DNA of 64,000 bases. Source: Pristiophorus japonicus (Eukaryota). Location of the stretch: the NCBI RefSeq assembly GCF_044704955.1, contig NC_092006.1, positions 806,001-870,000 of the forward strand. The letters are read 5' to 3'. The translations under genes were made by a program, and so were the position numbers. The notes under the pieces were generated by a model that saw nothing but the letters and a program-made list of their open reading frames with translations, did not search any database and was not told where the DNA came from. Shown here piece by piece: positions 45,832-58,100 of this stretch (its first letter is position 1; each line of letters opens with the position of its first letter).

Positions 45832-46350
45832 GGGCCCTGGGGGGCTTGGCTCTGGGGGGCTTGGCTCTGGGCTCTGGGGGGCTTGGCTCTGGGCTCTGGG
45901 CCCTGGGGGGCTTGGCTCTGGGCTCTGGGGGGCTTGGCTCTGGGCCCTGGGGGGCTTGGCTCTGGGCTCTGGGGGGCTTGGCTCTGGGCTCTGGGGGGCT
46001 GGGCCCTGGGCTCTGGGGGGTTGGCCCTGGGCTCTGGGGGGTTGGCCCTGGGCTCTGGGCTCTGGGGGGCTTGGCCCTGGGCCCTGGGGGGCTTGGCTCT
46101 GGGCTCTGGGCCCTGGGGGGCTTGGCTCTGGGCTCTGGGCCCTGGGGTGCTTGGATCTGGGCCCTGGGCTCTGGGGGGCTTGGCTCTGGGCCCTGGGCTC
46201 TGGGGGGCTTGGCTCTGGGCTCTGGGGGGTTGGCTCTGGGCTCTGGGGGGGCTGGACTCTGGGCTCTGGGGGGCTTGGCTCTGGGCTCTGGGCTCTGGGC
46301 TCTGGGGGGCTTGGCTCTGGGCCCTGGGCTCTGGGCTCTGGGCCCTGGGG
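45832..46350 (+). repeat. G-rich repeat built from GGCTCTG / GGGGGCTT units
   Basis: Direct repetition in GBA1 intron 1. Confidence 0.9.
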
Positions 46351-46529
46351 TGGCAGTGTTGGGATTGGTGTCGATGGAGAACTCCCTTTGGGATCATCCT
46401 TGCACAATACCTTTCCATTACAGCACCTCACTCTTAAATAGTCCCAGCCAACCAACTTTCCTACCTGTCGGCCAGGACCCCCCTCAACTTCTTCCAAATA
46501 GTTGGTTATGGGGAGCGGGCAGGGAGGTG

Positions 46530-49170
46530 GCGATTAATGCAGTAGTGAGGAGGGACATTAGCCTGGATGATGTGGAATCTGTATGGGTAGAGCTGCGGAA
46601 TACCAAGGGGCAGAAAAAGCTAGTGGAAGTTGTGTACAGACCACCAAACAGTAGTAGTGAGGTTGGGAACAGCATCAAACAAAAAATTAGTGCAATAAAG
46701 GTACATGGCTATCATGGGTGACTTTAATTTACATATTGATTAGGTTAACCAATCTGGTAGCAATACGGTGGAGGAGGATTTTCTGGAGTGTATTAGGGAT
46801 GGTTTTCTAGACCAATATGTCGAGGAACCAACTGGAGAGCTGGCCATCCTAGACTGGGTGTTGTGTAATGAGAGAGGAGTAATTAGCAATCTTGTTGTGC
46901 GAGGCCTCTTGGGGAAGAGTGACCATAATATGGTAAGATTCTTTATTAAAATGGAGAGTGACACAGTTAATTCAGAGACTAGGGTCCTGAATTTAAGGAA
47001 AGGTAACTTCGATCGTATGAGGCGTGAATTGGCTAGAATAGATTGGCAAAGGATACTTAAAGGGTTGATGGTGGATAAGCAATGACAAACATGGATGATC
47101 TTCAACCATTGTACATCCCTGTCTGGCGTTAAAATAAAATGGGGAAGGTGGCTCAACTGTGGCTAACAAGGGAAATTACAGATAGTAAATCCAAGCATAT
47201 AAATTGGCCAGAAAAACAGCAAACCTGAGGACCTGGAGAAATTTAGAATTCAGCAGAGGAGGACAAAGGGTTTAATTAGGAGGGGGAAAATAGAGTATGA
47301 GAGGAAGCTTGCAGGGAACAGGAAAACTGACTGCAAAAGCTTCCATAGATATGTGAAGAGAAAAAGATTAGTGAAAACAAACGTAGGTCCCTTGCAGTCA
47401 GATTCAGGTGAATTTATAATGGGAAACAAAGAAATGGCAGACCAATTGAACAAATACTTTGGTTCTGTCTTCACTAAGGAAGACGCAAGTAACTTGGAAA
47501 TACCAGGGGACCGAGGGTCTAGCGAGAAGGAAGCACTGAAGGAAATCCTTTATTAGTCAGGAAATTGTGTTGGGGAAATTGATGGGACTGAAGGCCAATA
47601 AAATCCCCAGGGCCTGATAGTCTGCATCCCAGAGTACTTAAGGAAGTGGCCTGAGAAATAGTGGATGCATTGGTGGTCATTTTTCAACATTCTATAGATT
47701 CTGGGTCAGTTCCTATGGACTGGAGGGTAGCTAATGTAACCCCACTTTTTAAAAAAAGGAGGAAGAGAGAAAACAGGGAATTATAGACCAGTTAGCCTGA
47801 CATCGATAGTGGGCAAAATGTTGGAATCAATTATTTAAGATGTAATAGCAGCGCATTTGGAAAGCAGTGACAGGATCGGTCCAAGTCAGCATGGATTTAT
47901 GAAAGGGAAATGATGCTTGACAAATCTTCTAGAATTTTTTGTGGATGTAACTAGTAGAGTGGACAAGGGAGAACCAGTGGATGTGGTGTATTTGGACTTT
48001 CAAAAGGCTTTTTATAAGGTCCCACACAAGAGATTAGTGTGCAAAATTAAAGCACATGGTATTGGGGGTAATGTATTGATGTGGATAGAAAACTGGTTGG
48101 CAGACAGGAAGCAAAGACAGGAATAAACGGGTCCTTTTCAGACAGTGACTAGTGGGATACCGCAAGGTTCAGTGCTGTGACCCCCAGCTATTTCCAAATA
48201 CATTAATGATTTAGACAAAGGAATTGAGTGTAATATCTCCAAGTTTGCAGATGACACTAAACTGGGTGGCAGTGTGAGCTGTGAGGAGGATGCTAAGAGG
48301 CTGCAGGGTGACTTGGACAGGTTAAGTGAGTGGCCAAATGCATGGCAGATGCAGTATAATGTGGATAAATGTGAGATTATCCACTTTGGTGGCAAAAACA
48401 GGAAGGCAGAATATTATCTGAATGGTGACAGATTAGGAAAAGGGGAGGTGCAATGAGACCTGGGTGTCATGGTACATCAGTCATTGAAAGTAGGCATGCA
48501 GGTGCAGCAGGCGATGAAGAAGGCAAATGGTATGTTGGCCTTCATAGCTAGAGGATTTGAGTATAGGAGCAGGGAGGTTTTACTGCAATTGTACAGGGCC
48601 TTGGTGAGGCCTCAACTGGAGTATTGTGTACAGTTTTGGTCTCCTAATCTGAGGAAGGACATTCTTGCTATTGAGGGAGTGCAGCGAAGGTTCACCAGAC
48701 TGATTCCAGGGATGGCTGGACTGACATATGAGGAGAGACTGGATCAACTGGACCTTTATTCACTGGAGTTTAGAAGGATGAGAGGGGATCGCATAGAAAC
48801 GTATAAGATTCTGACGGGACTGGACAGGTTAGATGCAGGAAGAATGTTCCCGATGTTGGAGAAGTCCAGAACCAGGGATCACAGCCTAAGGATAAGGGGT
48901 AGGCCATTTAGGACCGAGATGAGGAGAAACTTCTTCACTCAGAGAATTGTGAACCTGTGGAATTCTCTACCACAGAAAGTTGTTGAGGCCAGTTCGTTAG
49001 ACATATTCAAAAGGGAGTTGGATGTGGCCCTTACAGCTAAAGGGATCAAGTGGTATGGAGAGAAAGCAGGAAAGGGGTACTGAGGGAGTGATCAGCCATG
49101 ATCTTATTGAATGGTGGTGCAAGCTCGAAGGGCCGAATGGCCTACTCCTGCACCGATTTCTTATGTTCTT
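46530..49170 (+). mobile_element. Long degenerate CR1 copy covering most of ORF2
   Basis: Colinear with the intact ORF2 from INAVVRRDISLDDVESVWVEL to the C-terminus, with several stops and frameshifts. Confidence 0.95.
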
Positions 49171-49177
49171 ACATTCT

Positions 49178-50080
49178 AGTGGCCGTGGGATCATTTGCAT
49201 TCACCTGAGAGGGCAGACGGGCCTCAGTTTACCATCTCCTTTGAAAGATGGCACATCCGACAGTGCGGCGCTCCCTCAGTACTGCCCCTCCGACAGTGCG
49301 GCGCTCCCTCAGTACTGCCCCTCCGACAGTGCGGCACTCCCTCAGTACTGCCCCTCCGACAGTGCGGCGCTCCCTCAGTACTGCCCCTCCGACAGTGCGG
49401 CGCTCCCTCAGTACTGCCCCTCCGACAGTGCGGCGCTCCCTCAGTACTGCCCCTCCGACAGTGCAACGCTCCCTCAGTACTGCCCCTCCGACAGTGCAGC
49501 ACTCCCTCAGTACTGCCCCTCCGACAGTGCGGCACTCCCTCAGTACTGCCCCTCCGACAGTGCGGGGCTCCCTCAGTACTGCCCCTCCGACAGTGCAGCA
49601 CTCCCTCAGTACTGCCCCTCCGACAGTGCGGCGCTCCCTCAGTCCTGCCCCTCCGACAGTGCGGCACTCCCTCAGTACTGCCCCTCCGACAGTGCGGCAC
49701 TCCCTCAGTACCGCCCCTCCGACAGTGCGGCGCTTCCTCAGTACCGCCCCTCCGACAGTGCGGGGCTCCCTCAGTACTGCCCCTCCGACAGTGCGGGGCT
49801 CCCTCAGTACTGCCCCTCCGACAGTGCGGCACTCCCTCAGTACCGCCCCTCCGACAGTGCGGGGCTCCCTCAGTACCGCCCCTCCGACAGTGCGGGGCTC
49901 CCTCAGTACTGCCCCTCCGACAGTGCGGCGCTCCCTCAGTACTGCCCCTCCGACAGTGCGGCGCTCCCTCAGTACTACACTGCGAGTGTCGGCATGGATT
50001 ATCTGCTCTGGTCTTTGGGGTGGTTTATGAACCTACGATCTCCTGACTTGTGCAGCAACACTACCACTGAACCAAGGCTT
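49178..50080 (-). mobile_element. DeuSINE-type SINE with an internal tandem expansion
   Basis: CACCTGAGAGGGCAGACGGGCCTCAGTTT...GAAAGATGGCAC before the array and a degenerate tRNA head (CTACCACTGAACCAAGG) after it. Confidence 0.75.
49257..49975. repeat. 33-bp minisatellite (CCGACAGTGCGGCGCTCCCTCAGTACTGCCCCT), ~22 copies
   Basis: Direct repetition; 11-aa periodicity in the ORF track. Confidence 0.97.
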
Positions 50081-50279
50081 GACCCCAGAAATGAATTGGA
50101 GGAAAGGTGTGCCCAAGGTTCTTCTCTACTTTCCATCCAGGCCATTCCTTCTGTCCTAAGCCAGCATTTGTAATGTTGCCGATTTGTACTTTTCTGAGCT
50201 TGCTGAGGTTTGCCCTGTGGTTTTTGTTTATTCAGGGTACAGTTTGAAGCTGGAGCAGCCGCAGCGATTTCCTCCTCAG

Positions 50280-50340
50280 ATGTCAAGTTTCTGGTTCTCT
50301 GTTTGTTTTCTGCCTCTTTGGATAGTCCTTCCAGTCACAG
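50280..50340 (+). CDS. GBA1: GBA1 signal-peptide exon (exon spans 50236-50340)
   Basis: MSSFWFSVCFLPLWIVLPVT hydrophobic leader; donor CAG|GTAGAG, phase 1, joins 52333 in frame. Confidence 0.75.
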
Positions 50341-50367
50341 GTAGAGTGTCTTCATTTCATCATATCG

Positions 50368-51883
50368 TCGGTCCGGACACTCCCGACGTTCCGTGGCCGG
50401 TCGGTCCGGACACTCCCCGACGTTCCGTGGCCGGTCGGTCCGGACACTCCCCGACGTTCCGTGGCCGGTCGGTCCGGACACTCCCCGAAGTTCCGTCGCC
50501 GGTCGGTCCGGACACTCCCGACATTCCGTCGCCGGTCGGTCTGGACACTCCCGACGTTCCGTGGCCGGTCGGTCCGGACACTCCCCGAAGTTCCGTCGCC
50601 GGTCGGTCCGGACACTCCCCGACGTTCCGTGGCCGGTCGGTCCGGACACTCCCCGAAGTTCCGTCGCCGGTCGGTCCGGACACTCCCGACATTCCGTGGC
50701 CGGTCGGTCCGGACACTCCCCGAAGTTCCGTGGCCGGTCGGTCCGGACACTCCCCGACGTTCCGTGGCCGGTCGGTCCGGACACTCCCCGAAGTTCCGTC
50801 GCCGGTCGGTCCGGACACTCCCCGAAGTTCCGTCGCCGGTCGGTCCGGACACTCCCCGACGTTCCGTGGCCGGTCGGTCCAGACACTCCCCGACGTTCCG
50901 TCGCCGGTCGGTCCTGACACTCCCCGAAGTTCCGTGGCCGGTCGGTCCGGACACTCCCCGACGTTCCGTGGCCGGTCGGTCCGGACACTCCCCGACGTTC
51001 CGTGGCCGGTCGGTCCGGACACTCCCCGACGTTCCGTGGCCGGTCGGTCCGGACACTCCCCGACGTTCCGTGGCCGGTCGGTCCGGACACTCCCGACATT
51101 CCGTCGCCGGTCGGTCTGGACACTCCCGACGTTCCGTGGCCGGTCGGTCCGGACACTCCCCGAAGTTCCGTGGCCGGTCGGTCCGGACACTCCCCGACGT
51201 TCCGTGGCCGGTCGGTCCGGACACTCCCCGAAGTTCCGTCGCCGGTCGGTCCGGACACTCCCCGAAGTTCCGTCGCCGGTCGGTCCGGACACTCCCCGAC
51301 GTTCCGTGGCCGGTCGGTCCAGACACTCCCCGACGTTCCGTCGCCGGTCGGTCCTGACACTCCCCGACGTTCCGTGGCCGGTCGGTCCGGACACTCCCCG
51401 ACGTTCCGTGGCCGGTCGGTCCGGACACTCCCCGACGTTCCGTGGCCGGTCGGTCCGGACACTCCCCGACGTTCCGTGGCCGGTCGGTCCGGACACTCCC
51501 CGACGTTCCGTGGCCGGTCGGTCCGGACACTCCCGACGTTCCGTGGCCGGTCGGTCCGGACACTCCCCGACGTTCCGTGGCCGGTCGGTCCGGACACTCC
51601 CCGACGTTCCGTGGCCGGTCGGTCCGGACACTCCCGAAGTTCCATCGCCGGTCGGTCCGGACACTCCCCGAAGTTCCGTCGCCGGTCGGTCCGGACACTC
51701 CCGACGTTCCGTCGCCGGTCGGTCCGGACACTCCCCGAAGTTCCGTCGCCGGTCGGTCCGGACACTCCCGACGTTCCGTCGCCGGTCGGTCCGGACACTC
51801 CCCGAAGTTCCGTCGCCGGTCGGTCCGGACACTCCCGACGTTCCGTCGCCGGTCGGTCCGGACACTCCCCGAAGTTCCGTCGC
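50368..51883. repeat. CpG-rich 33-34-bp minisatellite (GTCGGTCCGGACACTCCCCGACGTTCCGTGGCCG), ~45 copies
   Basis: Direct repetition starting 28 nt after the GBA1 donor. Confidence 0.97.
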
Positions 51884-52332
51884 TCCATCAGGTGATGTGA
51901 ACATCAAACAGCTGATAGCCTGCACATTACATCTTGTACTCACTGAGTAAGAAAGTTTAGGATTAGGGTTAGAGTTCAAATGTGAATAAGCAAAGCCCAG
52001 ATTGAGAGAGGTGCTGGCTCAGTGTTGTGGTACCACCTCCTACACACCCGGAGGGCCCTTGCTTTGATCTCTGCCCTCTGCTTACGGCAGTTGGTCTCAA
52101 TCACTGTCCAGCCAGAAAGTGAACATACGTGGATAAACATCAAGCTTGACTGTGATTGCCTCAAGTGTAAGGCCTGTTAATTCACACATGGAAAAATGGC
52201 TATTTGAGTGAAATACCAGAGGGCCGCTAGTGCCCATGGAACTGTACTCCAGTTAGAGTTGGCACCTTCAGGAGAGGGGTGAAAATGGGATAAAAGCTGC
52301 TGTAACAGTTTATGTTTCTCTTGCATTTTTAG

Positions 52333-52524
52333 CTGGTAAACCATGTGATGCCAAGAGTTTTGGGGGCACCTCAGTGGTTTGTGTGTGTAATGCGACATAC
52401 TGTGACACAATGGGCCCACTGGTGCTACCAGAGAAGGGTCGTTACCTTTTGTATGAAACCAACAAGGCTGGTAAAAGGCTCGAGAACAAGACAGGGAAAG
52501 TCCTGACTGATGCCAAACACCCAG
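52333..52524 (+). CDS. GBA1: GBA1 exon, 192 nt (human exon 3 equivalent)
   Basis: [25 protein letters not shown] versus human [26 protein letters not shown]/GT boundaries. Confidence 0.96.
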
Positions 52525-52699
52525 GTAATGCTGCAGTTTCTGTTTATACCAGGGATACTTGCTCAAAGGTCTGGAGCAATAAGAGAAAAACATTCAGACA
52601 TTGCTCTGTTTGTCACCAATTGCTTTTATGTGTGTCTTTATTCAGTTCACAAAACGAATGCACAGTGACCATGCTACACTAACCCTCTGCTCCCTTTAA

Positions 52700-53835
52700 C
52701 AAGGTCGGCCCTTCCAACGCCTCTCCTCTTGTCCAATTCCTGCTCTGTAGCATCGCCCCACTCCCCCCTGGCTCAGCCTATCTGCTGCTGGAACCCTCAT
52801 CCATGTCTTCGTTACTTCCAGACTCGACCTTCCAACCCTCTCCTGGCTGGCCTCCCATCCATCGTTCATAAACTTGAGCTCATCCAAAACTCTACTGCCC
52901 GAACCCTAAATGGCACCAAGTCCTGCTCACCCATCACCTCTGTGCTCGCTGAACTACATTAGCTCCTGGTCCGGCAATGCTTCAGTTTTAAAATTATCAT
53001 CCTCGTTTTCAAATCCCTCCATGGGCTTGCCCCTCCCTACCTCTGTAATTTCCTCCAGACCTCCAATTCTTGCCTCTTGTTCATCCCTGATTTACGTCAC
53101 TCCACCATTGTTGGCCGTGTCGTCGACTGCCAAGGCACGAAGCTGTGCAGTTCCCTCGCAAACGCTCTCCGCTTCTCCACCTCTCTTTCCTACTTTAAGA
53201 TGTTCCTTAAAATCTACCACTTTGACTAATCTTTTGATCATCCTTCCTAATAGCTCTTTATATGCCTCAGTGTAAGATTTTGTTTGATGACATTCCTGTG
53301 ACTATTTCAACACTCTCCTGGCTGGCCTCCCACATTCTACCGTACGTAAACTAGAGGTGTCCTAACTCGCACCAAGTCCCGCTCACCCACCACCCTCTCT
53401 GCTCACAGACCTACATTCTGGTTAAACAACGCTTCGATTTCAAAATTTTCATCCTTATTTTCAAATCCCTCCATGACCTCACCCCTCCCTATCTCTGTAA
53501 TCTCCTCCAGCCCCCCCCCCCCCCCACTCCGAGATATCTGCGCTCCTCTAATTCTGCCCTCTTGAGCATCCCTGATTATAATCGCTCAACCATTGATGGC
53601 CGTGCCTTCTGTTGCCTGGGCACCAAGCTCTGGAACCCCCTCCCTAAACACCTCCACCTCTCTATCTATCTCTCCTTCTTTAAGACTCTCCTTAAAATCT
53701 ACCTCTTTGACCCAGCTTTTGGTCACCTGCCCAAATTTCTGCTCATGTGACTCGGTGTCAAAGTTTTTGTCTGATAACGCTCCTGTGAAGCACCTTGGGA
53801 CGTTTTAGATGTTAACAAAGCTATATATATATATA
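52700..53835 (+). mobile_element. Two tandem L2 3' fragments
   Basis: AAGTLIHVFVTSRLDL.NPLLAGLP..HKLELIQNSTAR; IDGRAFCCLGTKLWNPLP. Confidence 0.85.
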
Positions 53836-53842
53836 TATAAAC

Positions 53843-54190
53843 ACCATCATCATAGGCGATCCCTTGCACGAAGATGGCTTGCTTCCACAGGAGTTCACAG
53901 ATGTTTCGATGTTCCAGTCCTGGACTGCATATTGAAGGGTGGAAGATGCCTGTGCGTGGATTGTTTAACGTGTGGTGACGGTTGCACACGGGCTCAACAG
54001 AGTTCGGCCTTTATCCAGTGGCAAGAGTTAACCAGGACGGCTGGAGACCAGCTGTGCTGCACAGGCAGAGTGTGCACACACATGGCAGTGTGTTGTTTGC
54101 TGCACTTGACTTCACACGCCTGTCCGATCATAGCCAGAGAATCCCTTGCAGTGACTCTGCTTCCTGTTTCTCATCTACACGCTGCCCCTT
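53843..54190 (-). mobile_element. Short element sharing the RTE 3' tail (non-autonomous or SINE-like)
   Basis: CATCATCATAGGCGATCCCT...GCTTGCTTCCAC approximates the reverse complement of the RTE end at ~40318-40365; the rest is not RTE ORF; inner boundary uncertain. Confidence 0.5.
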
Positions 54191-54199
54191 GGTAACATC

Positions 54200-54755
54200 A
54201 TCCGAAAACACACGGGTTTCACAGGTAGCTGACTCTGCCTGGCTCTACCTTTACACCACTTCTCCTCGCCTGCCTCTGAATTTTCAGGCTGCTTGTCCGA
54301 CATCCAGCATTGGATGAGCCACAATTTCCTTCAGCCAATCATTGGGCAGACCAAAGCCATTGTTTTCGGCCACCGCCACAGACTGCGTTCCCTCACCATG
54401 GCAACAGTCTGAGGCTGAGCCAGACTGTCGTAACCTCGCCGTCCTGTTTGACCTTGACCTTGAGCTGAGCTGCTGACTCCTGTATCCGCCCCATGGCCAA
54501 GACTACCCAACTCTGCCCCGCCTCTGCTCATCTGCTGCTGAAACCCTCATCCATGCCTTTGTCATCTGTTCCAATACTCCCCTGGCTGCCCGCCTGTCCT
54601 TCTCCTTCATAAACTTCAGCTCATCTGCTACCCCTGTATCCTATCCTGCACCAGGTCCTCCTCACCCGTCACTCCAGTCCTTGGCACCTACATTGGCTCC
54701 TTATTCACCAACACGTTGAATTTAAATTTATCTTTGTCTTCACATTCCTTTAAGG
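54200..54755 (+). mobile_element. Degenerate L2 fragment
   Basis: TGGATGAGCCACAATTTCCTTCAG...GCTGAAACCCTCATCCATGCCTTTGT. Confidence 0.75.
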
Positions 54756-54764
54756 GGTCATATC

Positions 54765-55175
54765 TCAACAACAACTTGTATTTATATAGCGCCTTTAGTA
54801 GTAAAACGTCCCAAGGTGCTTCACAGGAGCGTTTTAAGACAAAGAAATAAATTTGATACCAAGCCGCATAAGAACAGGTGACCAAAAGCTTGGTCAAAGA
54901 GGTCGGTTTTAAGGAGCGTCTTAAAGGAGGAGAGAGGGAGGCGGAGAGGTTTAGGGAGGGAGTTCCAGAGCTTGGGGCCCAGGCAGCTGAAGGCATGGCC
55001 ACCGATGGTGGAGCGATTATAATCTGAGATGCTCCGGGGGACAGAATTAGAGGAGCGCAGACATCTCGGGGTTGTGGGACTGGAGGAGATTACAAATATA
55101 GGGAGGGGGCAAGGATAAGAATTTTGAAATCAAGGCGTTGCATAACCGTGAGCCAATGTAGGTCAGTGAGCACAG
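54765..55175 (-). mobile_element. L2 3' end that seeds the adjacent minisatellite
   Basis: Tail ACAACAACTTGTATTTATATAGCGCC and reverse-complement L2 3' region running directly into the array. Confidence 0.85.
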
Positions 55176-58100
55176 GGGGTGATGGGTGATTGGGACTGGG
55201 TGCGAGTTAGGACACGGGGCAGTGAACACAGGGGGTGATGGGTGAGCGGGACTCGGTGCGAGTTAGAACACTGGGCAGTGAGCACAGGGGGTGATGGGTG
55301 AGCGGGACTCGGTGTGAGGTAGGACATGGAGCAGTGAGCACGGGGTGATGGGTGAGCGGGACTGGGTGTGAGTTAGGACACGGGGCAGCGAGCACAGGGG
55401 GTGATGGGTGATTGGGACTGGGTGCGAGTTCGGACACGGGGCAGTGAGCACAGGGGGTGATGGGTGAGTGGGACTGGGTGCGAGTTAGGACACGGGGCAG
55501 TGAGCACAGGGGGTGATGGGTGAGTGGGACTGGGTGCGAGTTAGGACACGGAGCAGTGAGCACAGGGGGTGATGGGTGAGTGGGACTCGGTGTGAGTTAG
55601 GACACGTCGCAGCGAGCACAGGGGGTGATGGGTGAGCGGGACTCGGTGCGAGTTAGGACACGTGGCAGTGAGCACAGGGGGTGATGGGTGAGCGGGACCC
55701 GGTGTGAGTTAGGACACAGGTCAGCGAGCACAGGGGGTGATGGGTGATTGGGACGCGGTGTGAGTTAGGACACGTGGCAGCGAGCAGGGGGTGATGGGTG
55801 GGCGGGACTCGGTGCGAGTTAGGACACGGGGCAGCGAGCACGGGGGGTGATGGGTGATTGGGACTGGGTGTGAGTTAGGACACGTGGCAGTGAGCACGGG
55901 GTGATGGGTGAGCGGGACTTGGTGCGAGTTAGGACACGTGGCAGTGAGCACAGGGGGTGATGGGTGAGCGGGACTCGGTGCGAGTTAGGACACTGGGCAG
56001 TGAGCACAGGGGGTGATGGGTGATTGGGACTCGGTGTGAGTTTGGACACGTGGCAGCGAGCACAGGGGATGATGGGTGAGCGGGACTTGGTGTGAGTTAG
56101 GACACGGGGCAGTGAGCACAGGGAGTGATGGGTGAGCGGGACTCGGTGCGAGTTAGGACACGTGGTCAGTGAGCACAGCGGGTGATGGGTGAGCAGGACT
56201 GGGTGCGAGTTAGGACACGGGGCAGTGAGCACAGGGGGTGATGGGTGAGTGGGACTGGGTGTGAGTTAGGACACGGGGCAGTGAGCACAGGGGGTGATGG
56301 GTGAGCGGGACTGGGTGTGAGTTAGGACACGGGGCAGTGAGCACAGGGGGTGATGGGTGAGCGGGACTTGGTGTGAGTTAGGACACGGGGCAGTGAGCAC
56401 AGGGAGTGATGGGTGAGCGGGACTCGGTGCGAGTTAGGACACGGGGCAGCGAGCACGGGGTGATGGGTGAGCGGGACTGGGTGTGAGTTAGGACACGTGG
56501 TCAGTGAGCACAGGGGGTGATGGGTGAGCGGGACTGGGTGCGAGTTAGGACACGGGGTAGTGAGCACAGGGGGTGATGGGTGAGTGGGACTGGATGTGAG
56601 TTAGGACACGGGGTCAGTGAGCACAGGGGGTGATGGGTGAGTGGGACTGGGTGTGAGTTAGGACACGGGGCAGCGAGCACGGGGTGATGGGTGAGCGGGA
56701 CTCGGTGTGAGTTAGGACACGGGGTAGTGAGCACAGGAGGTGATGGGTGAGCGGGACTGGGTGTGAGTTAGGACACGTGGTCAGTGAGCACAGGGGGTGA
56801 TGGGTGAGCGGGACTGGGTGCGAGTTAGGACACGGGGTAGTGAGCACGGGGTGATGGGTGAGTGGGACTGGATGTGAGTTAGGACACGGGGTCAGTGAGC
56901 ACAGGGGGTGATGGGTGAGTGGGACTGGGTGTGAGTTAGGACACGGGGCAGCGAGCACGGGGTGATGGGTGAGCGGGACACGGGGCAGTGAGCACAGGGG
57001 GTGATGGGTGAGCAGGACTGGGTGTGAGTTAGGACACGGGGTAGTGAGCACAAGGAGGTGATGGGTGAGCGGGCATGGGAGTGAGTTAGGACACGGGGCA
57101 GTGAGCACAGGGGGTGATGGGTGAGCGGGACTTGGTGTGAGTTAGGACACGGGGCAGTGAGCACAGGGAGTGATGGGTGAGCGGGACTCGGTGCGAGTTA
57201 GGACACGGGGCAGCGAGCACGGGGTGATGGGTGAGCGGGACTGGGTGTGAGTTAGGACACGTGGTCAGTGAGCACAGGGGGTGATGGGTGAGCGGGACTG
57301 GGTGCGAGTTAGGACACGGGGTAGTGAGCACAGGGGGTGATGGGTGAGTGGGACTGGATGTGAGTTAGGACACGGGGTCAGTGAGCACAGGGGGTGATGG
57401 GTGAGTGGGACTGGGTGTGAGTTAGGACACGGGGCAGCGAGCACGGGGTGATGGGTGAGCGGGACTCGGTGTGAGTTAGGACACGGGGTAGTGAGCACAG
57501 GAGGTGATGGGTGAGCGGGACTGGGTGTGAGTTAGGACACGTGGTCAGTGAGCACAGGGGGTGATGGGTGAGCGGGACTGGGTGCGAGTTAGGACACGGG
57601 GTAGTGAGCACGGGGTGATGGGTGAGTGGGACTGGATGTGAGTTAGGACACGGGGTCAGTGAGCACAGGGGGTGATGGGTGAGTGGGACTGGGTGTGAGT
57701 TAGGACACGGGGCAGCGAGCACGGGGTGATGGGTGAGCGGGACACGGGGCAGTGAGCACAGGGGGTGATGGGTGAGCAGGACTGGGTGTGAGTTAGGACA
57801 CGGGGTAGTGAGCACAAGGAGGTGATGGGTGAGCGGGACTGGGTGCGAGTTAGGACACGTGGCAGTGAGCACGGGGTGATGGGTGTGCGGGACTGGGTGC
57901 GAGTTAGGACACGGGGTCAGTGAGCACAGGGGGTGATGGGTGAACGGGACTGGGTGTGAGTTAGGACACGGGGCAGCGAGCACGGGGTGATGGGTGAGCG
58001 GGACTCGGTGTGAATTAGGACACGGGGCAGCGAGCACGGGGTGATGGGTGAGTGGGACTCGGTGTGAGTTCGGACACGGGGCAGTGAACACGGGGTGATG

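Noticed and set aside
43975-46721. Pro/Gly-rich collagen- or mucin-like ORFs around the promoter
   Set aside because: Translations of GC-rich minisatellites, open on both strands.
49022-51979. ORFs of 200-588 aa with perfect peptide repeats
   Set aside because: Minisatellite translations; only 50280-50340 (GBA1 leader) is supported as coding.
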